From the IMG/VR virus record IMGVR_UViG_3300005681_000033, positions 102,784 through 166,783 of that record: a stretch of DNA of 64,000 nucleotides. One strand, written 5' to 3'. Each line of letters starts with the position of its first letter. Within the stretch, counting starts at the first letter, position 1. Both the position numbers and the translations under genes were made by a program. This document shows, in pieces, positions 1 through 10,227 of the stretch. The stretch comes from a virus. Below the pieces are notes generated by a model that was not told the DNA's origin, made no database searches, and saw only the letters and a list, made by a program, of their open reading frames with translations.

Positions 1-72
1 AAACAACAGGAAGATAAGCAAAATCGACAAGTAATTAAAGGTTACTAATCAATACTTTAAAAAATATTTTTC

Positions 73-99
73 AAAAGGCTCCGCAAGGGGCCTTTTTTT
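73..99 (+). terminator. Intrinsic terminator
   Basis: GGCTCC-GCAA-GGGGCC hairpin followed by T7. Confidence 0.8.
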
Positions 100-109
100 A
101 TGGTATGAT
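99..109 (+). promoter_or_regulatory. Extended -10 promoter variant (TATGGTATGAT)
   Basis: TRTGnTAnnnT directly after the terminator and 16 nt before ATG 126; GAGGT RBS. Confidence 0.5.
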
Positions 110-125
110 GCTTCAGAGGTGAATT

Positions 126-377
126 ATGCCAATGATTAAATTTCAGTGCAACAATCCAGATTGTGAGAACCATATCACTAAACTTTTTACTGATGTTAAA
201 TCAATCCCACCATTTCTAAATTGCGGAGAGTGTGGTACTGGTAAACTAGAAAGACAATTAGGTGCTCCAAGCTCTAAGTCTACCCAAATCTTGGACGATG
301 GTTTGCAGACAAAAAGATTAGAGATTATGAACGACGTTGTTGAAAAAGAACGTGAACGCCTACAAACAGAGGAATAA
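126..377 (+). CDS. Zinc-ribbon protein (FmdB-like)
   Basis: MP...FQC-x4-C...CGEC-x4-LER pattern; RBS present. Confidence 0.6.
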   Translation: MPMIKFQCNNPDCENHITKLFTDVKSIPPFLNCGECGTGKLERQLGAPSSKSTQILDDGLQTKRLEIMNDVVEKERERLQTEE

Positions 378-2375
378 ATGATTCAATTATTAGCCCTTCG
401 TTTTGGACAAATTAGATCTTTTGTGGATGATCAAGAAATTGTATTTGCCAATCGTGAAAAGCTCATTCAGATTGATGGTAAAAATCTAAATACCGGTGGG
501 TCATCTGGTTCTGGTAAAAGTACAGTGTTGATGGTATTGGATTATCTTTTGGGATTAAACGATGTTCCAGCAACATTGTTGCAATCTCGTCTTACTAAAA
601 GTGGGATGTGGGCTGAGGGTGATTTTGTTATTGATGGGCAACCTGTGACGATCTCTCGTAGTAAAAAAGATGGTCTTTCAATCACTATGGGTGATAATAA
701 GGTTTCTGGAAATTCAGATCAAGCTGAAGAAAAATTACAAGAATTAATCGGTCTTCCGATGCCCATTTTTAAGAAAATGATTCATAAGCGTCAAAAAGAA
801 GGTGGGTTTTTTCTTGGCCTGGGCGCTTCTAAAACCTACAAATTTCTTGTTTCTGTATTAGGTTTGGAAAAACATATTACTGATATCGATGCCATTGTCG
901 CTGATATTAAAAGATGGGACGAAGAGGCCACAGCCGCACAACGGACTTTAGATTTAGATCGCAGTTCTTTATTAGATCTAGAAAGAATTTTGTCAGAAAA
1001 ACAAAAACCAGTTCAAAACTATTCCGATGAGCAAATTGAGCAAATGAACAAGGACGTTCAGGGTCTTCAGATTACCCTTCGTGCTCTAAAAATGCAAGTA
1101 AAAGAGGATGTGGCTGAGGTGCCAGTTGTTGTGGACAAAACTATCGACGCTACAGAATTGAATCAAAAAATTTCAGCTTTGGTACCACGACGAAATGAAT
1201 TGAATGGGTTTATTAAAGATTTAGAGAATGTTAAGGTTAACCTGCAAGCTGAAATCAATAAAATTCCTTTTTATCTTGCTGATGCTCAAAAGGCTGGAAA
1301 AAGAATTTCTGATCTTAGGGCTGAAATGGCCCATATAGAACAATCACAATGTCCTAAATGTATGCAAAACTGGGTCGGTGACTCCGCAAAAGCTTCTATT
1401 GAATCTATTAAGGGTGAAATTGATCAAAAAATTAGCGAAGCTCTTGCCTTAAAAAGTAAGATTGACACAAAGCCTGATCTAGAAAGTAAACTTTTGACTG
1501 TCATTAATGAAATTGCTACGCATAATCAAGAACTTATCCAATTACAGGAACAACGTGCCGGTTATGATGCAACTAAATATGCCATGATGGAAGCTGTTGG
1601 TAGTGAAAATGCGATTGCTAGACAGAAATATAACGAAAAAATCAAAACTATTGAAGTGAATTCTCAAAAAAACATCGATGCAATCAACCAGAAGCTCAAG
1701 GATGCTGAAATTGCCTTAAATGGTGAAGAAATCAAGCGTAACAGCTATTTGATCGCCATGAGGTCTTATGAGAAGGATGTAGAGGCTTTACAAGGCTCAA
1801 TTACCAGAAAACAAAACGAGATTCAAAACTCAACCACCAAATTAAACGATTTGGGTAAAAAGCTGGTAGTGGCCAAAGAATCTCAAAGATTAATCAAGGC
1901 TTATGTTTTACAGACCTTCCAAGATACATTAGATGCTATCGGAGAAACAGCGACTAATATTTTGTCAGCCATTCCAAATATGAACACCTCAACGATCTAT
2001 TTTGAGAATTGCAAGGAAACCAAAACTGGCTCAATTAAAGACGAAATTACCGCCATTATCAATATAGACGGTAATAATGACATTCCCATCAATTCCCTAT
2101 CGGGTGGTGAGAAGACAGCTGTCGATTTAGCAGTCGATTTAGCAGTTATCGATGTCATTGAACAAAAAGTAGCGAAGGGTGCCAATTTCTTTTTTATGGA
2201 CGAACCTTTTGATGGTTTGGACTCTGTATGTAAGGAAAATTGCTTAGAAATCTTAAAACAAGTGGATACTAACAAAAAAATTATTATGGTAGATCATAGT
2301 TCTGAGTTGAAAGAAATGGTCTCGGATGTTATTCTGGTTGTAAAAAATGGTGAATCAAGCTCAATTGCGAGCTAG
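378..2375 (+). CDS. sbcC: SbcC/Rad50-like (T4 gp46-like) recombination nuclease ATPase subunit
   Basis: Walker A GSSGSGKST, long coiled coil with CPKC zinc hook, LSGGEK signature, Walker B FFMDE, H-loop VDH. Confidence 0.9.
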   Translation: MIQLLALRFGQIRSFVDDQEIVFANREKLIQIDGKNLNTGGSSGSGKSTVLMVLDYLLGLNDVPATLLQSRLTKSGMWAEGDFVIDGQPVTISRSKKDGLSITMGDNKVSGNSDQAEEKLQELIGLPMPIFKKMIHKRQKEGGFFLGLGASKTYKFLVSVLGLEKHITDIDAIVADIKRWDEEATAAQRTLDLDRSSLLDLERILSEKQKPVQNYSDEQIEQMNKDVQGLQITLRALKMQVKEDVAEVPVVVDKTIDATELNQKISALVPRRNELNGFIKDLENVKVNLQAEINKIPFYLADAQKAGKRISDLRAEMAHIEQSQCPKCMQNWVGDSAKASIESIKGEIDQKISEALALKSKIDTKPDLESKLLTVINEIATHNQELIQLQEQRAGYDATKYAMMEAVGSENAIARQKYNEKIKTIEVNSQKNIDAINQKLKDAEIALNGEEIKRNSYLIAMRSYEKDVEALQGSITRKQNEIQNSTTKLNDLGKKLVVAKESQRLIKAYVLQTFQDTLDAIGETATNILSAIPNMNTSTIYFENCKETKTGSIKDEITAIINIDGNNDIPINSLSGGEKTAVDLAVDLAVIDVIEQKVAKGANFFFMDEPFDGLDSVCKENCLEILKQVDTNKKIIMVDHSSELKEMVSDVILVVKNGESSSIAS

Positions 2376-2378
2376 ATT

Positions 2379-2389
2379 TGTGGTATTAT
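2379..2389 (+). promoter_or_regulatory. Extended -10 promoter TGTGGTATTAT
   Basis: Intergenic, before AAGGAG RBS and ATG 2406; same 11-mer recurs before several genes. Confidence 0.7.
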
Positions 2390-2405
2390 TACTAAGGAGA
2401 GACAA

Positions 2406-2747
2406 ATGAGCATTAACGATAGACTTGAAGCAGATATGATTGAGTTTTTTGAAAATATCGAAAAACAACTACCTGAAGCACGAAAGAAAACACTGAAATT
2501 GTTGATTGATAAATATGCTCATTTACTGTCAACACCAGTTATGCTTGATAAGCATGATTACGAGCTAATTAGGGATTCAGCACAAAGATTCTTCGTGAAT
2601 TCTGCCTTTCCTAAGTATTTGGGTGAAAAGAAGCGTATGGTTGATTCATACGAAGCAAATGTACTTTCTATTATTGAAGGTACAATTACAGTTTTAAATA
2701 GTAAGGATTGTTTTAAAAAACTTCCTAAATTTGATTACAGAGATTAG
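2406..2747 (+). CDS. Hypothetical protein
   Basis: ORF with AAGGAG RBS. Confidence 0.7.
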   Translation: MSINDRLEADMIEFFENIEKQLPEARKKTLKLLIDKYAHLLSTPVMLDKHDYELIRDSAQRFFVNSAFPKYLGEKKRMVDSYEANVLSIIEGTITVLNSKDCFKKLPKFDYRD

Positions 2748-2748
2748 T

Positions 2749-3000
2749 ATGGTTGTGGTATTATTACTAGGTGAGAACGATGAGTATCTTGGTTATAAAG
2801 AGTTTAAATACTCCCACCAAGCCGAGTTGTTTATTGGCCAATTACACAATTTAATGCTTGCTAATATTGAAAAAACACTGCCTTTGAAGGAACGTCTTCA
2901 GTTAGCACCTGAATATTTTCCCTTTGCTGGTAGATTACAAAATGTAGAATTAATACAACTTTCCAAAACGGAGGGAGAGAACAATGAGCGAAGTGGATAA
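2749..3000 (+). CDS. Hypothetical protein
   Basis: Fills gap between neighbours; ATG just after upstream stop. Confidence 0.55.
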   Translation: MVVVLLLGENDEYLGYKEFKYSHQAELFIGQLHNLMLANIEKTLPLKERLQLAPEYFPFAGRLQNVELIQLSKTEGENNERSG

Positions 3001-3295
3001 AGAAGAAGTACTAAAAACAAAAGTACGCAATGAATTTCCTGAATTTATTGAAAGCGTAGACAATTTACCTGTAGAAAAATTGAATGAAAATTTACTACGA
3101 TATGCTGTTTATCGCGAAGAAACAGAGATGGCTAAATCAACCGACAAGGGTTTAATTAAAGCCAAAAACGATGTTAAAGAATATCAAGCTCCTTATAATG
3201 AAACACTAAAGGCCCTTAAGCTTAAAATGGCTTACCTGCACCTTTTAATTGTTGAGAAAAAAGGCGGCAGTGATGAGAAGGCTAAAGCCGAATAA
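2984..3295 (+). CDS. Hypothetical protein
   Basis: GGAG RBS, helical protein. Confidence 0.7.
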   Translation: MSEVDKEEVLKTKVRNEFPEFIESVDNLPVEKLNENLLRYAVYREETEMAKSTDKGLIKAKNDVKEYQAPYNETLKALKLKMAYLHLLIVEKKGGSDEKAKAE

Positions 3296-3863
3296 GTCAG
3301 CCTACGATGCCAATGGACGTTGGGTAGAGGAGCGTGGACAAATTAAAGGTGCGATTCGTCGTGTCTTTAGGTTGTCCCCTCAAATGCAAGAAGTCCTTAA
3401 AGCTGCTAGGGTTGAACTTCCACCTAAAACAAAAAAAGACGGCGAACCTGGCAAAAAAAATCAGGTTCGTTACACTTGTGCTATTTGTCAAAAGCTATAC
3501 CAGCAGGCAAATGTACAGGTTGATCATATTGACCCCGTAGTTCCATTGTGGAAAGCCGAGTCTACTATGACATATGATGAGATTGTTAGACGTGTATTTT
3601 GTCACATCAGCAATCTCCAAGTGATTTGCTCAACCCCCATGAAGAAAAATAATGGTGAACCGAGCTGTCACAAAATAAAAACGGATAGAGAGAATTTCAT
3701 CCGTGATGAATTGAAAAAAGTTATGAATATTCTTGATCATACTGGTGAAGAGATTGACGAGTTGATCAAAAATGCTTCAGCTAAATATGATGTGTATTTT
3801 GCTGAAAAAGAAGAAAAAAGGAAAGCTAAGCTTGCGAGAAAAAAACGACTCCAAAATCTCTAA
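3273..3863 (+). CDS. HNH-family endonuclease
   Basis: CAIC...VQVDHIDP...NLQVIC...CHKIKT His-Me finger motifs. Confidence 0.8.
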   Translation: MRRLKPNKSAYDANGRWVEERGQIKGAIRRVFRLSPQMQEVLKAARVELPPKTKKDGEPGKKNQVRYTCAICQKLYQQANVQVDHIDPVVPLWKAESTMTYDEIVRRVFCHISNLQVICSTPMKKNNGEPSCHKIKTDRENFIRDELKKVMNILDHTGEEIDELIKNASAKYDVYFAEKEEKRKAKLARKKRLQNL

Positions 3864-4656
3864 CGGACAGGAAATCGCCAACCAAATCAATGCGATGCGA
3901 GCTGAATATGAGCTTCGCTCTGAGGATGTGGTTAACGAAGAAATGTCTTTTTTGGACAGGTTGAATAGACTTGTTCAATTGATTTTGGATGATGATTCTG
4001 CAAGCATCTATCCTGCTCTAAACCAAGATTCCCTAAAAGAATGGAAAAAAGGAAGATTTAAACGATGGCTTAAAAAGACCATCACTTCTAATTATAAAAA
4101 TACATTCTATTTTGCTTTCTTGGTGTCTATTACAGCATTTCTAGTGAGTGAAGCTGTTACGTTCTATGCTGATGGACAAACACCTGATACAAAAACATAT
4201 ATTAAAGCTATTCTTACAGAAGTAGCTTTTATTTTTTTAAGTGGCTATAAAACCGAAGGCTGGAAAAATAAAGTCTGGGTCAATACCCTTAGAGCTGGTG
4301 TGTTTTCATTAATGCTATTTGTAATTTCTTCACAAACATTGTTATCTGGAACTAAGTTTCAAGGTAACACAACTGCAGTTACTGAACAGGTTAAGTTCCT
4401 GGAAGAGCAAATTGCAGAAAAACAAAAAACCATCCAATTTTATCTTGATAAAGGATGGGGAAACAGTGTGCGTAAGCAAACCGAAGAAAAAAACAAACTT
4501 GTCGAAAAACTTTTGGAACTTAAAGAACAACAAGCTCAGGGCTCCAACGAAGCTGTGTCTAACCAGGTTATGTATCGTAGCTATGGCCAGGCATTCTTTC
4601 GAATTATCCTATTGTTTATTTCAGTGTTAATTACGCGCCGTATTTTCATTTTCTAG
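3772..4656 (+). CDS. Membrane protein with coiled coil (start uncertain)
   Basis: 3-4 hydrophobic segments flanking a coiled coil. Confidence 0.6.
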   Translation: MLQLNMMCILLKKKKKGKLSLREKNDSKISNGQEIANQINAMRAEYELRSEDVVNEEMSFLDRLNRLVQLILDDDSASIYPALNQDSLKEWKKGRFKRWLKKTITSNYKNTFYFAFLVSITAFLVSEAVTFYADGQTPDTKTYIKAILTEVAFIFLSGYKTEGWKNKVWVNTLRAGVFSLMLFVISSQTLLSGTKFQGNTTAVTEQVKFLEEQIAEKQKTIQFYLDKGWGNSVRKQTEEKNKLVEKLLELKEQQAQGSNEAVSNQVMYRSYGQAFFRIILLFISVLITRRIFIF

Positions 4657-4666
4657 AGGAGTTTCA

Positions 4667-5650
4667 ATGAGTTTACTGGTACCTCGTGCCACTTACGCTC
4701 CCTTTGAGTATGAACAAGCATACAAATTTTGGGAGCTTCAACAACAAAGCCACTGGCTACATACAGAAATAGCCATGGCGTCAGACATCAATGACTGGAA
4801 GATGGTTTTAACAGATGCCGAGCGCAATGTTATTGGTCACATCCTCAAGGGTTTTACCCAATCAGAAGTGTTTATTCAAGAATATTGGTCACAAATGATC
4901 GCCAAATGGTTTAAAAAGCCCGAAATTCAAATGATGTCAGCGGCTTTTGCGAGTATGGAGTCTGTACACGCCGTATCCTATGCATATTTGAATCAATCCC
5001 TGGGCCTAGAGGATTTCTCTGCATTCTTGCATGAACCTACAGCCAAAGCCAAAATTGATCGTTTAATCGAAACTAAAGGTAAAACAAAGGAAGAAATTGC
5101 CAGATCTATTGCTATCTTCTCTGGATTCAACGAGGGTGTAAACCTATTCAGCTCCTTTGCGGTTTTATTGAACTTCAGTCGCTTCAACAAAATGAAGGGC
5201 TTAGGTCAAATCATTGCCTTTAGTATTAAGGATGAATCCTTACACTCAGAAGCTGGATGTTGGCTTTTTAGGACTCTTATTAAGGAATTTCCAGCTATTT
5301 GGACGGATGAGCTTAAAAAAGACATTTATGACGCAGCTCGTTTAACTGTGCAATTAGAAGACGAATTTATCGACAAAGCGTTTGAACTCGGCCCTATCGA
5401 AGGATTAGACCCTGTTGATCTTAAAGCTTTTATTAGACATAGAGCTAATACCAAGCTAACAGACTTGGATTTAAAGATTAATTGGAAAAATATCGACAAA
5501 GACTCACTTACACGCATGGAATGGTTTGATGTAATGAGTGCCGGTGTAAACCATTCAGACTTCTTTGCTTCTAGGGTTTCTGATTACTCTAAAGGTACAA
5601 TTGATTTTTCTAAAATTTGGGATGAAGAAAATGACACTACAAGAACTTAA
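4667..5650 (+). CDS. nrdB: Ribonucleotide reductase class I beta subunit
   Basis: W-x3-E-I-x3-D-x2-DW, ESVHAVSY, EGVNLFSSF, DESLH diiron motifs; DFF..RV.DY. Confidence 0.95.
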   Translation: MSLLVPRATYAPFEYEQAYKFWELQQQSHWLHTEIAMASDINDWKMVLTDAERNVIGHILKGFTQSEVFIQEYWSQMIAKWFKKPEIQMMSAAFASMESVHAVSYAYLNQSLGLEDFSAFLHEPTAKAKIDRLIETKGKTKEEIARSIAIFSGFNEGVNLFSSFAVLLNFSRFNKMKGLGQIIAFSIKDESLHSEAGCWLFRTLIKEFPAIWTDELKKDIYDAARLTVQLEDEFIDKAFELGPIEGLDPVDLKAFIRHRANTKLTDLDLKINWKNIDKDSLTRMEWFDVMSAGVNHSDFFASRVSDYSKGTIDFSKIWDEENDTTRT

Positions 5651-7325
5651 AGATATTAAGGCAGCTCCAGAATGGATGACAGAAGAAGGTTACAAAACAC
5701 TTAGCGGTGGATATCTTCTTCCAAACGAAACCCCATTGGAAATGTACACTAGGGTAGCCAATGCTGCTGGGAGTTATTATGAAGAAAGTTCAAAATGGTC
5801 TAAGAAGTTTTTTAACGCGATGTGGAAAAACTGGCTCTGTCCTGCTTCGCCGGTATTGTCAAATATGGGAACAAGTCGCGGTTTACCCATCTCTTGCAAT
5901 TCAATTCACGTGGGTGATTCTGTCGATTCTATATTCGGCAAATCTCATGAGCTTGCAATGCTTTCAAAAAATGGTGCAGGTGTTGGTATCTATCTCGGTG
6001 ATATACGTGGTCGTGGCACTGCCATTCGTGGCAATGGTCGTTCAGAAGGCATTATTCCGTGGGCAAAAGTCTACGACACCACCACGGTAAGTGTTTCGCA
6101 AGGCTCTACTCGTCGAGGTGCCTCAGCTGTTTATCTACCTGCAGATCACTCAGACATTGAAGAGTTTATTAATATGCGTCGTCCCACTGGTGATGTTAAT
6201 CGTCGCTGTATGAACCTGAACCATGGTGTTTGTGTTACCAATGACTGGATGAATGCTTTACTTGCTGGTGATAAAAAGAAGCGCGAGTTATGGCAAGAAA
6301 TCCTTAAGGCACGTGTGGAAACTGGTGAGCCATACCTTTTCTTCACAGATAATGTAAATGAACAAAACCCTGAGTGCTACAAAGGAAACAAACTAGATGT
6401 AAAAACATCTAATATTTGTACTGAGATTTTTCTTTATACTGACCCAGATCATAGCTTTGTATGTTGTTTGTCTTCACTTAATTTGGTGAAATGGGAAGAA
6501 TGGAAAGATACTGATGTTGTTCAAACCTCAGTTCGTTTTCTTGATGCAGTGTTGGAAGAATACATTGTTAAGTCAAAGATGGTGCCTGGTCTAGAAGCCT
6601 CTAGAAGAGCTGCCATTAAAGGTCGAGCCATTGGAATTGGTGTTCTTGGATGGCATACGCTATTACAAAAGAATATGTTTCCGTTCGATAGTTTTGAAGC
6701 TATGATGCTTAATGCACAAGTCTTTAGAACCATTAGGACAAATGCCGAAAAAGAAACTGCAGCATTGGCTATTGAAAAAGGCGAGCCAGAATGGTGTAGA
6801 GGTTATAATAGAAGAAACACCCATTTAATCGCTATTGCACCAACAGTAAGCAACAGTTTAATTAGCGGCGGACATTCTGCTGGTATTGAACCCATTCCTG
6901 CAGCTATTTATTCACAAAAGTCAGCAAAAGGAACTTTTATTCGCAGAAATCCTGTGTTTGAAGATCTGTTAAAGTCAAAAGGCAAGGATACGCCGGAAAT
7001 CTGGAAGTCTATTATTGAAAACAATAACTCTGTTAACCATTTAAAATTCTTAACAGATTTAGAAAAACAAGTGTTTATGAGTGCAATGGAAATCAATCAA
7101 TTTGCTATCATTAAACAAGCTGCACAAAGACAAAAATGGATTGATCAAGGTCAATCTATCAATGTATTCTTTGGTGCCAATTCAGACCCCAAGTATATCC
7201 ATGAAGTGCATATGGAAGCTTGGAAGACTGGCATTAAATCATTGTATTATTGCAGAAGTGAGGGTGTTATTCGTGGAGATCTTGCATCTCGTAGCAAAGA
7301 AGAGTGTGCGGCCTGCGAAGGTTGA
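5631..7325 (+). CDS. nrdA: Ribonucleotide reductase class I alpha subunit (no ATP cone)
   Basis: PISC, SNICTE, APTVSNS, DQGQS, KSLYY, C-terminal CAACEG. Confidence 0.95.
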   Translation: MTLQELKDIKAAPEWMTEEGYKTLSGGYLLPNETPLEMYTRVANAAGSYYEESSKWSKKFFNAMWKNWLCPASPVLSNMGTSRGLPISCNSIHVGDSVDSIFGKSHELAMLSKNGAGVGIYLGDIRGRGTAIRGNGRSEGIIPWAKVYDTTTVSVSQGSTRRGASAVYLPADHSDIEEFINMRRPTGDVNRRCMNLNHGVCVTNDWMNALLAGDKKKRELWQEILKARVETGEPYLFFTDNVNEQNPECYKGNKLDVKTSNICTEIFLYTDPDHSFVCCLSSLNLVKWEEWKDTDVVQTSVRFLDAVLEEYIVKSKMVPGLEASRRAAIKGRAIGIGVLGWHTLLQKNMFPFDSFEAMMLNAQVFRTIRTNAEKETAALAIEKGEPEWCRGYNRRNTHLIAIAPTVSNSLISGGHSAGIEPIPAAIYSQKSAKGTFIRRNPVFEDLLKSKGKDTPEIWKSIIENNNSVNHLKFLTDLEKQVFMSAMEINQFAIIKQAAQRQKWIDQGQSINVFFGANSDPKYIHEVHMEAWKTGIKSLYYCRSEGVIRGDLASRSKEECAACEG

Positions 7326-7331
7326 TATTTT

Positions 7332-7342
7332 TGTGGTATAAT
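7332..7342 (+). promoter_or_regulatory. Extended -10 promoter TGTGGTATAAT
   Basis: Perfect TRTGnTATAAT upstream of GAGGT RBS and ATG 7361. Confidence 0.75.
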
Positions 7343-7360
7343 AACACTTGAGAGGTAATT

Positions 7361-8389
7361 ATGGCAAATATGTGGGATAAAGAAGAATCGGTGTCAGAAT
7401 ACCAACTGATGGCCGAAGATGCGCAGCAAGCAGAAGAGCTTGCGGAGCAATACGCTTCTAGCCCAGGGTTGGTAGAGGCAAACGAAGAGGTTTTGGAAGA
7501 AATCTCCGATGAGGCTGCTTTTGAATTAACCAATACAGAATCTAATGTAATCTATAACGCTAGATTACGATTAGAACAAGCCAAACTTTATGAATTACTC
7601 ATTAATCACAATCTTTTTGAAGGAGTGGATGCAAGTCCACAGGCAATTAAAAATGTTCAAAACGAACTTAAATTTTACATTGTTAAAAGACTTGAGATTT
7701 TACTTGGTTTGCGTGAACCTACAGCTGCTAAAGTTAATACAGCACCTGCAGAATCACAGTTTAATGATGTTGAAGTAGAGTTTTTAAAACAACTAGCTTA
7801 TAAAGGCACTTTAGGTAAGTCAATTGGGCAACCGATTGTTGCAAATCCACAACAGGTCGTTAAGCCATTAACAAGTACTCCTAGCTCTGGTTTAAAGCCA
7901 TTGGCTAAAATTAAAAAAACAGAACCCCCTACTGAGGTGAAACAAACAGTTGAACAACCACCAACTAAGCCAGTTCAAAAGAAAGTTGTAGTTCAACCAC
8001 AACAAAAAACACAAGCGGCACCGCCATCTCAGCCAAAACCACAACCCAAAAAAACTGTTAAGGTAAGACCTTCTGGACTTGGCAGGGATTTAACTCAAGA
8101 TGAAATTATGGCCATTGCACAAGAAGATCTTAAAACAGCTTCTAACAAACCATTTCATGAAATGACCCCTAAAGAGAAAGCGGAAAGAATTCGCCAAGCA
8201 AATGAAAGAAATGCTAGAAATAAGGCTCCAGTTGCTAAAATGCCAATGCCATCAGCAGCTGAATTAGAAATGAAATATGCGACCCAGCAACAATCTGGTT
8301 CGATGTCAAAAAGTTCAACAGATCAATTTAATGTAGCGATTGCACAGGCTATCGCTGCCAAGAAAAATAGAGGAGATGACAATGAGTAA
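7361..8389 (+). CDS. Hypothetical protein, acidic N-terminus and P/Q/K-rich linker
   Basis: 342-aa ORF with RBS. Confidence 0.75.
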   Translation: MANMWDKEESVSEYQLMAEDAQQAEELAEQYASSPGLVEANEEVLEEISDEAAFELTNTESNVIYNARLRLEQAKLYELLINHNLFEGVDASPQAIKNVQNELKFYIVKRLEILLGLREPTAAKVNTAPAESQFNDVEVEFLKQLAYKGTLGKSIGQPIVANPQQVVKPLTSTPSSGLKPLAKIKKTEPPTEVKQTVEQPPTKPVQKKVVVQPQQKTQAAPPSQPKPQPKKTVKVRPSGLGRDLTQDEIMAIAQEDLKTASNKPFHEMTPKEKAERIRQANERNARNKAPVAKMPMPSAAELEMKYATQQQSGSMSKSSTDQFNVAIAQAIAAKKNRGDDNE

Positions 8390-8972
8390 CGAAGCTAAGC
8401 CAGCAGCCCAACCAGCAAAGTTGAATGCAGCTCAAAAGATCGAGGCCCTTGAAAACAAGGTGATTAACCTGCAGGCTCAAATTAATGAGTTAGTTGCAAT
8501 TCTCGAAGAAAAGGTGAACATTCTTGCCGATGAAATCGACAAAACACGTCAAATTGGAGTTGCGCTTAATAAGCGTTTAAACGCCTCAATTAAAGCTGCA
8601 GAAGATGGTGGTTTAAACACAGATTCTGTTAATAAAATCATTTTGGATGAAAACCAAAAAGAACTTGCAGGTCGTATTAAATATCTATTAGATATGGGTG
8701 CATTGGTTGGTGACAACGAAGGTGAAGTTAGCGACAAATCTTTCTTGGTTGGAAGAACTGTTGACGCACAAGGAAATGTCGTTAATCCACGAGTTCAGTT
8801 TGCAGTTGGTACTGTAGACCCAGAACTGAAAAAAGCTCTTATTGGTAAAAAACTGGGTGAAGTTGTAGGTTATAGTGAAGAAGAAGATCCATTCGAAATT
8901 ACAGAGATCTATCAAATTGCTGACCCCAAGACTAAAAAAAATTATGAGGAAAATCAACAGCCTGCACAATAG
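8382..8972 (+). CDS. GreA/GreB-like protein (coiled coil plus Gre C-terminal-like domain)
   Basis: AAEDGGL...ENQKELAGRIK and KALIGKKLGEVV...FEITEI resemble GreA AREHGDL...EQQGFCEGRIK and GLIGK..D.V...FEV. Confidence 0.5.
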   Translation: MSNEAKPAAQPAKLNAAQKIEALENKVINLQAQINELVAILEEKVNILADEIDKTRQIGVALNKRLNASIKAAEDGGLNTDSVNKIILDENQKELAGRIKYLLDMGALVGDNEGEVSDKSFLVGRTVDAQGNVVNPRVQFAVGTVDPELKKALIGKKLGEVVGYSEEEDPFEITEIYQIADPKTKKNYEENQQPAQ

Positions 8973-8982
8973 GCTGTTTTTT
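8956..8982 (+). terminator. Intrinsic terminator
   Basis: AACAGCCT-7nt-AGGCTGTT followed by T run, spanning the stop codon. Confidence 0.7.
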
Positions 8983-8998
8983 AAAGCGAGGCTATCAA

Positions 8999-10198
8999 AT
9001 GGTTGAAAAATGGTCTGATAATGAGATAGCTTACATTATCAACTTAAAAGATACGACAGATCTTACTTGGGTAGAAATTACCGATAAGTATAATAAAAAG
9101 TTCAGAACTGATCGTAACTTTGAAAGCATTAAAAAGTGTTATCAGAGGTATGCAAATTATCTTGACACTGCTGACATTCATGTCAAGACACTTAAGCAAA
9201 TCCATCGAACTAAAAAGAACAGTGGATATACAGCGAAAGAAAATAAGTCTATTATTGAACAGTGGAATGAACGTGACGATTTAATCGAGACGATTCAAAA
9301 CACTGTCAAGAAAATGTCACTTACAAAGTATAAAGTACCCAAGCAAGCTGCAAAGTCCAAAGCCAAAAAGAACATGACGTTAGAGTTGCTATTCTCTGAC
9401 GTTCATTACGGCAAATACATTGACAATATTGATGGAAACTTCGTTGATATAAAAGTAATCCGTGAGCGCGTTCGCAAGATTTCCGATTCTGTGGTGAAAG
9501 AAATCATCCGTGAGGGAAAGTCTTTTAATGTCGAACGTGTTGTTCTTGCCTTAATTGGTGATATTATTGAGAATGCAGACTTCCACGGACAAGAATCTGA
9601 AAAAGGCTGTGAATTCAGCACTTCACGTCAGGTTCAAGAAGCAATTAATTCTATGTTCTACGACTTGATTTTGCCAATTGCAAACACAGGGATTAAGATT
9701 GACGTTCCTTGCGTAACTGGTAATCACGATCGTATTGGTCACAACAAAACTTACCAAAAACCAGGTGAGGATAATCTTACTTTTATTATTTACAGCACCC
9801 TAGAAATGCTTTGCAAAGCTTCTGGACTTACAAATGTTCATTTCCAAATTTCTAAGAGTTTGTACACTGCCATTTCAATCTATGGAAACACAGTTGTTTA
9901 TGAGCACGGAGACGAACTTAAGAATCTGAATCGAGATACTATGGCCAATCAAATGGCCAAGAGACAGGTACAACTTGGTCGAGTAGTTCATTTCTTTCGA
10001 GTTGGTCACTGGCACGAGCCGGTTCAGTACGGACAAGGTCGAATGATGGTAAATGGTTCTGTACCTGGCCAAGATGATTATGCTGATTCAAAAGCTTTTT
10101 GTTCTGAGGCAGTTCAAATTATGAACTACTATGTTGAAACTGAAAAGCGAAACACTTGTTTCTTCCGTAGTTTTCCAATTTACGTTCAAAAGAAATAA
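8999..10198 (+). CDS. Calcineurin-like metallophosphoesterase with N-terminal Myb/HTH-like domain
   Basis: SDVHYG, GDIIE, GNHDR, HGD, GHWH motifs; N-terminal KWSDNE...TW.EI..KYN. Confidence 0.8.
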   Translation: MVEKWSDNEIAYIINLKDTTDLTWVEITDKYNKKFRTDRNFESIKKCYQRYANYLDTADIHVKTLKQIHRTKKNSGYTAKENKSIIEQWNERDDLIETIQNTVKKMSLTKYKVPKQAAKSKAKKNMTLELLFSDVHYGKYIDNIDGNFVDIKVIRERVRKISDSVVKEIIREGKSFNVERVVLALIGDIIENADFHGQESEKGCEFSTSRQVQEAINSMFYDLILPIANTGIKIDVPCVTGNHDRIGHNKTYQKPGEDNLTFIIYSTLEMLCKASGLTNVHFQISKSLYTAISIYGNTVVYEHGDELKNLNRDTMANQMAKRQVQLGRVVHFFRVGHWHEPVQYGQGRMMVNGSVPGQDDYADSKAFCSEAVQIMNYYVETEKRNTCFFRSFPIYVQKK

Positions 10199-10227
10199 CA
10201 TTAAAAATAAAAATATTGTTTTTTAAG

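Noticed and set aside
3772-4656. Holin or spanin call
   Set aside because: TM segments only; no endolysin or lysis context nearby
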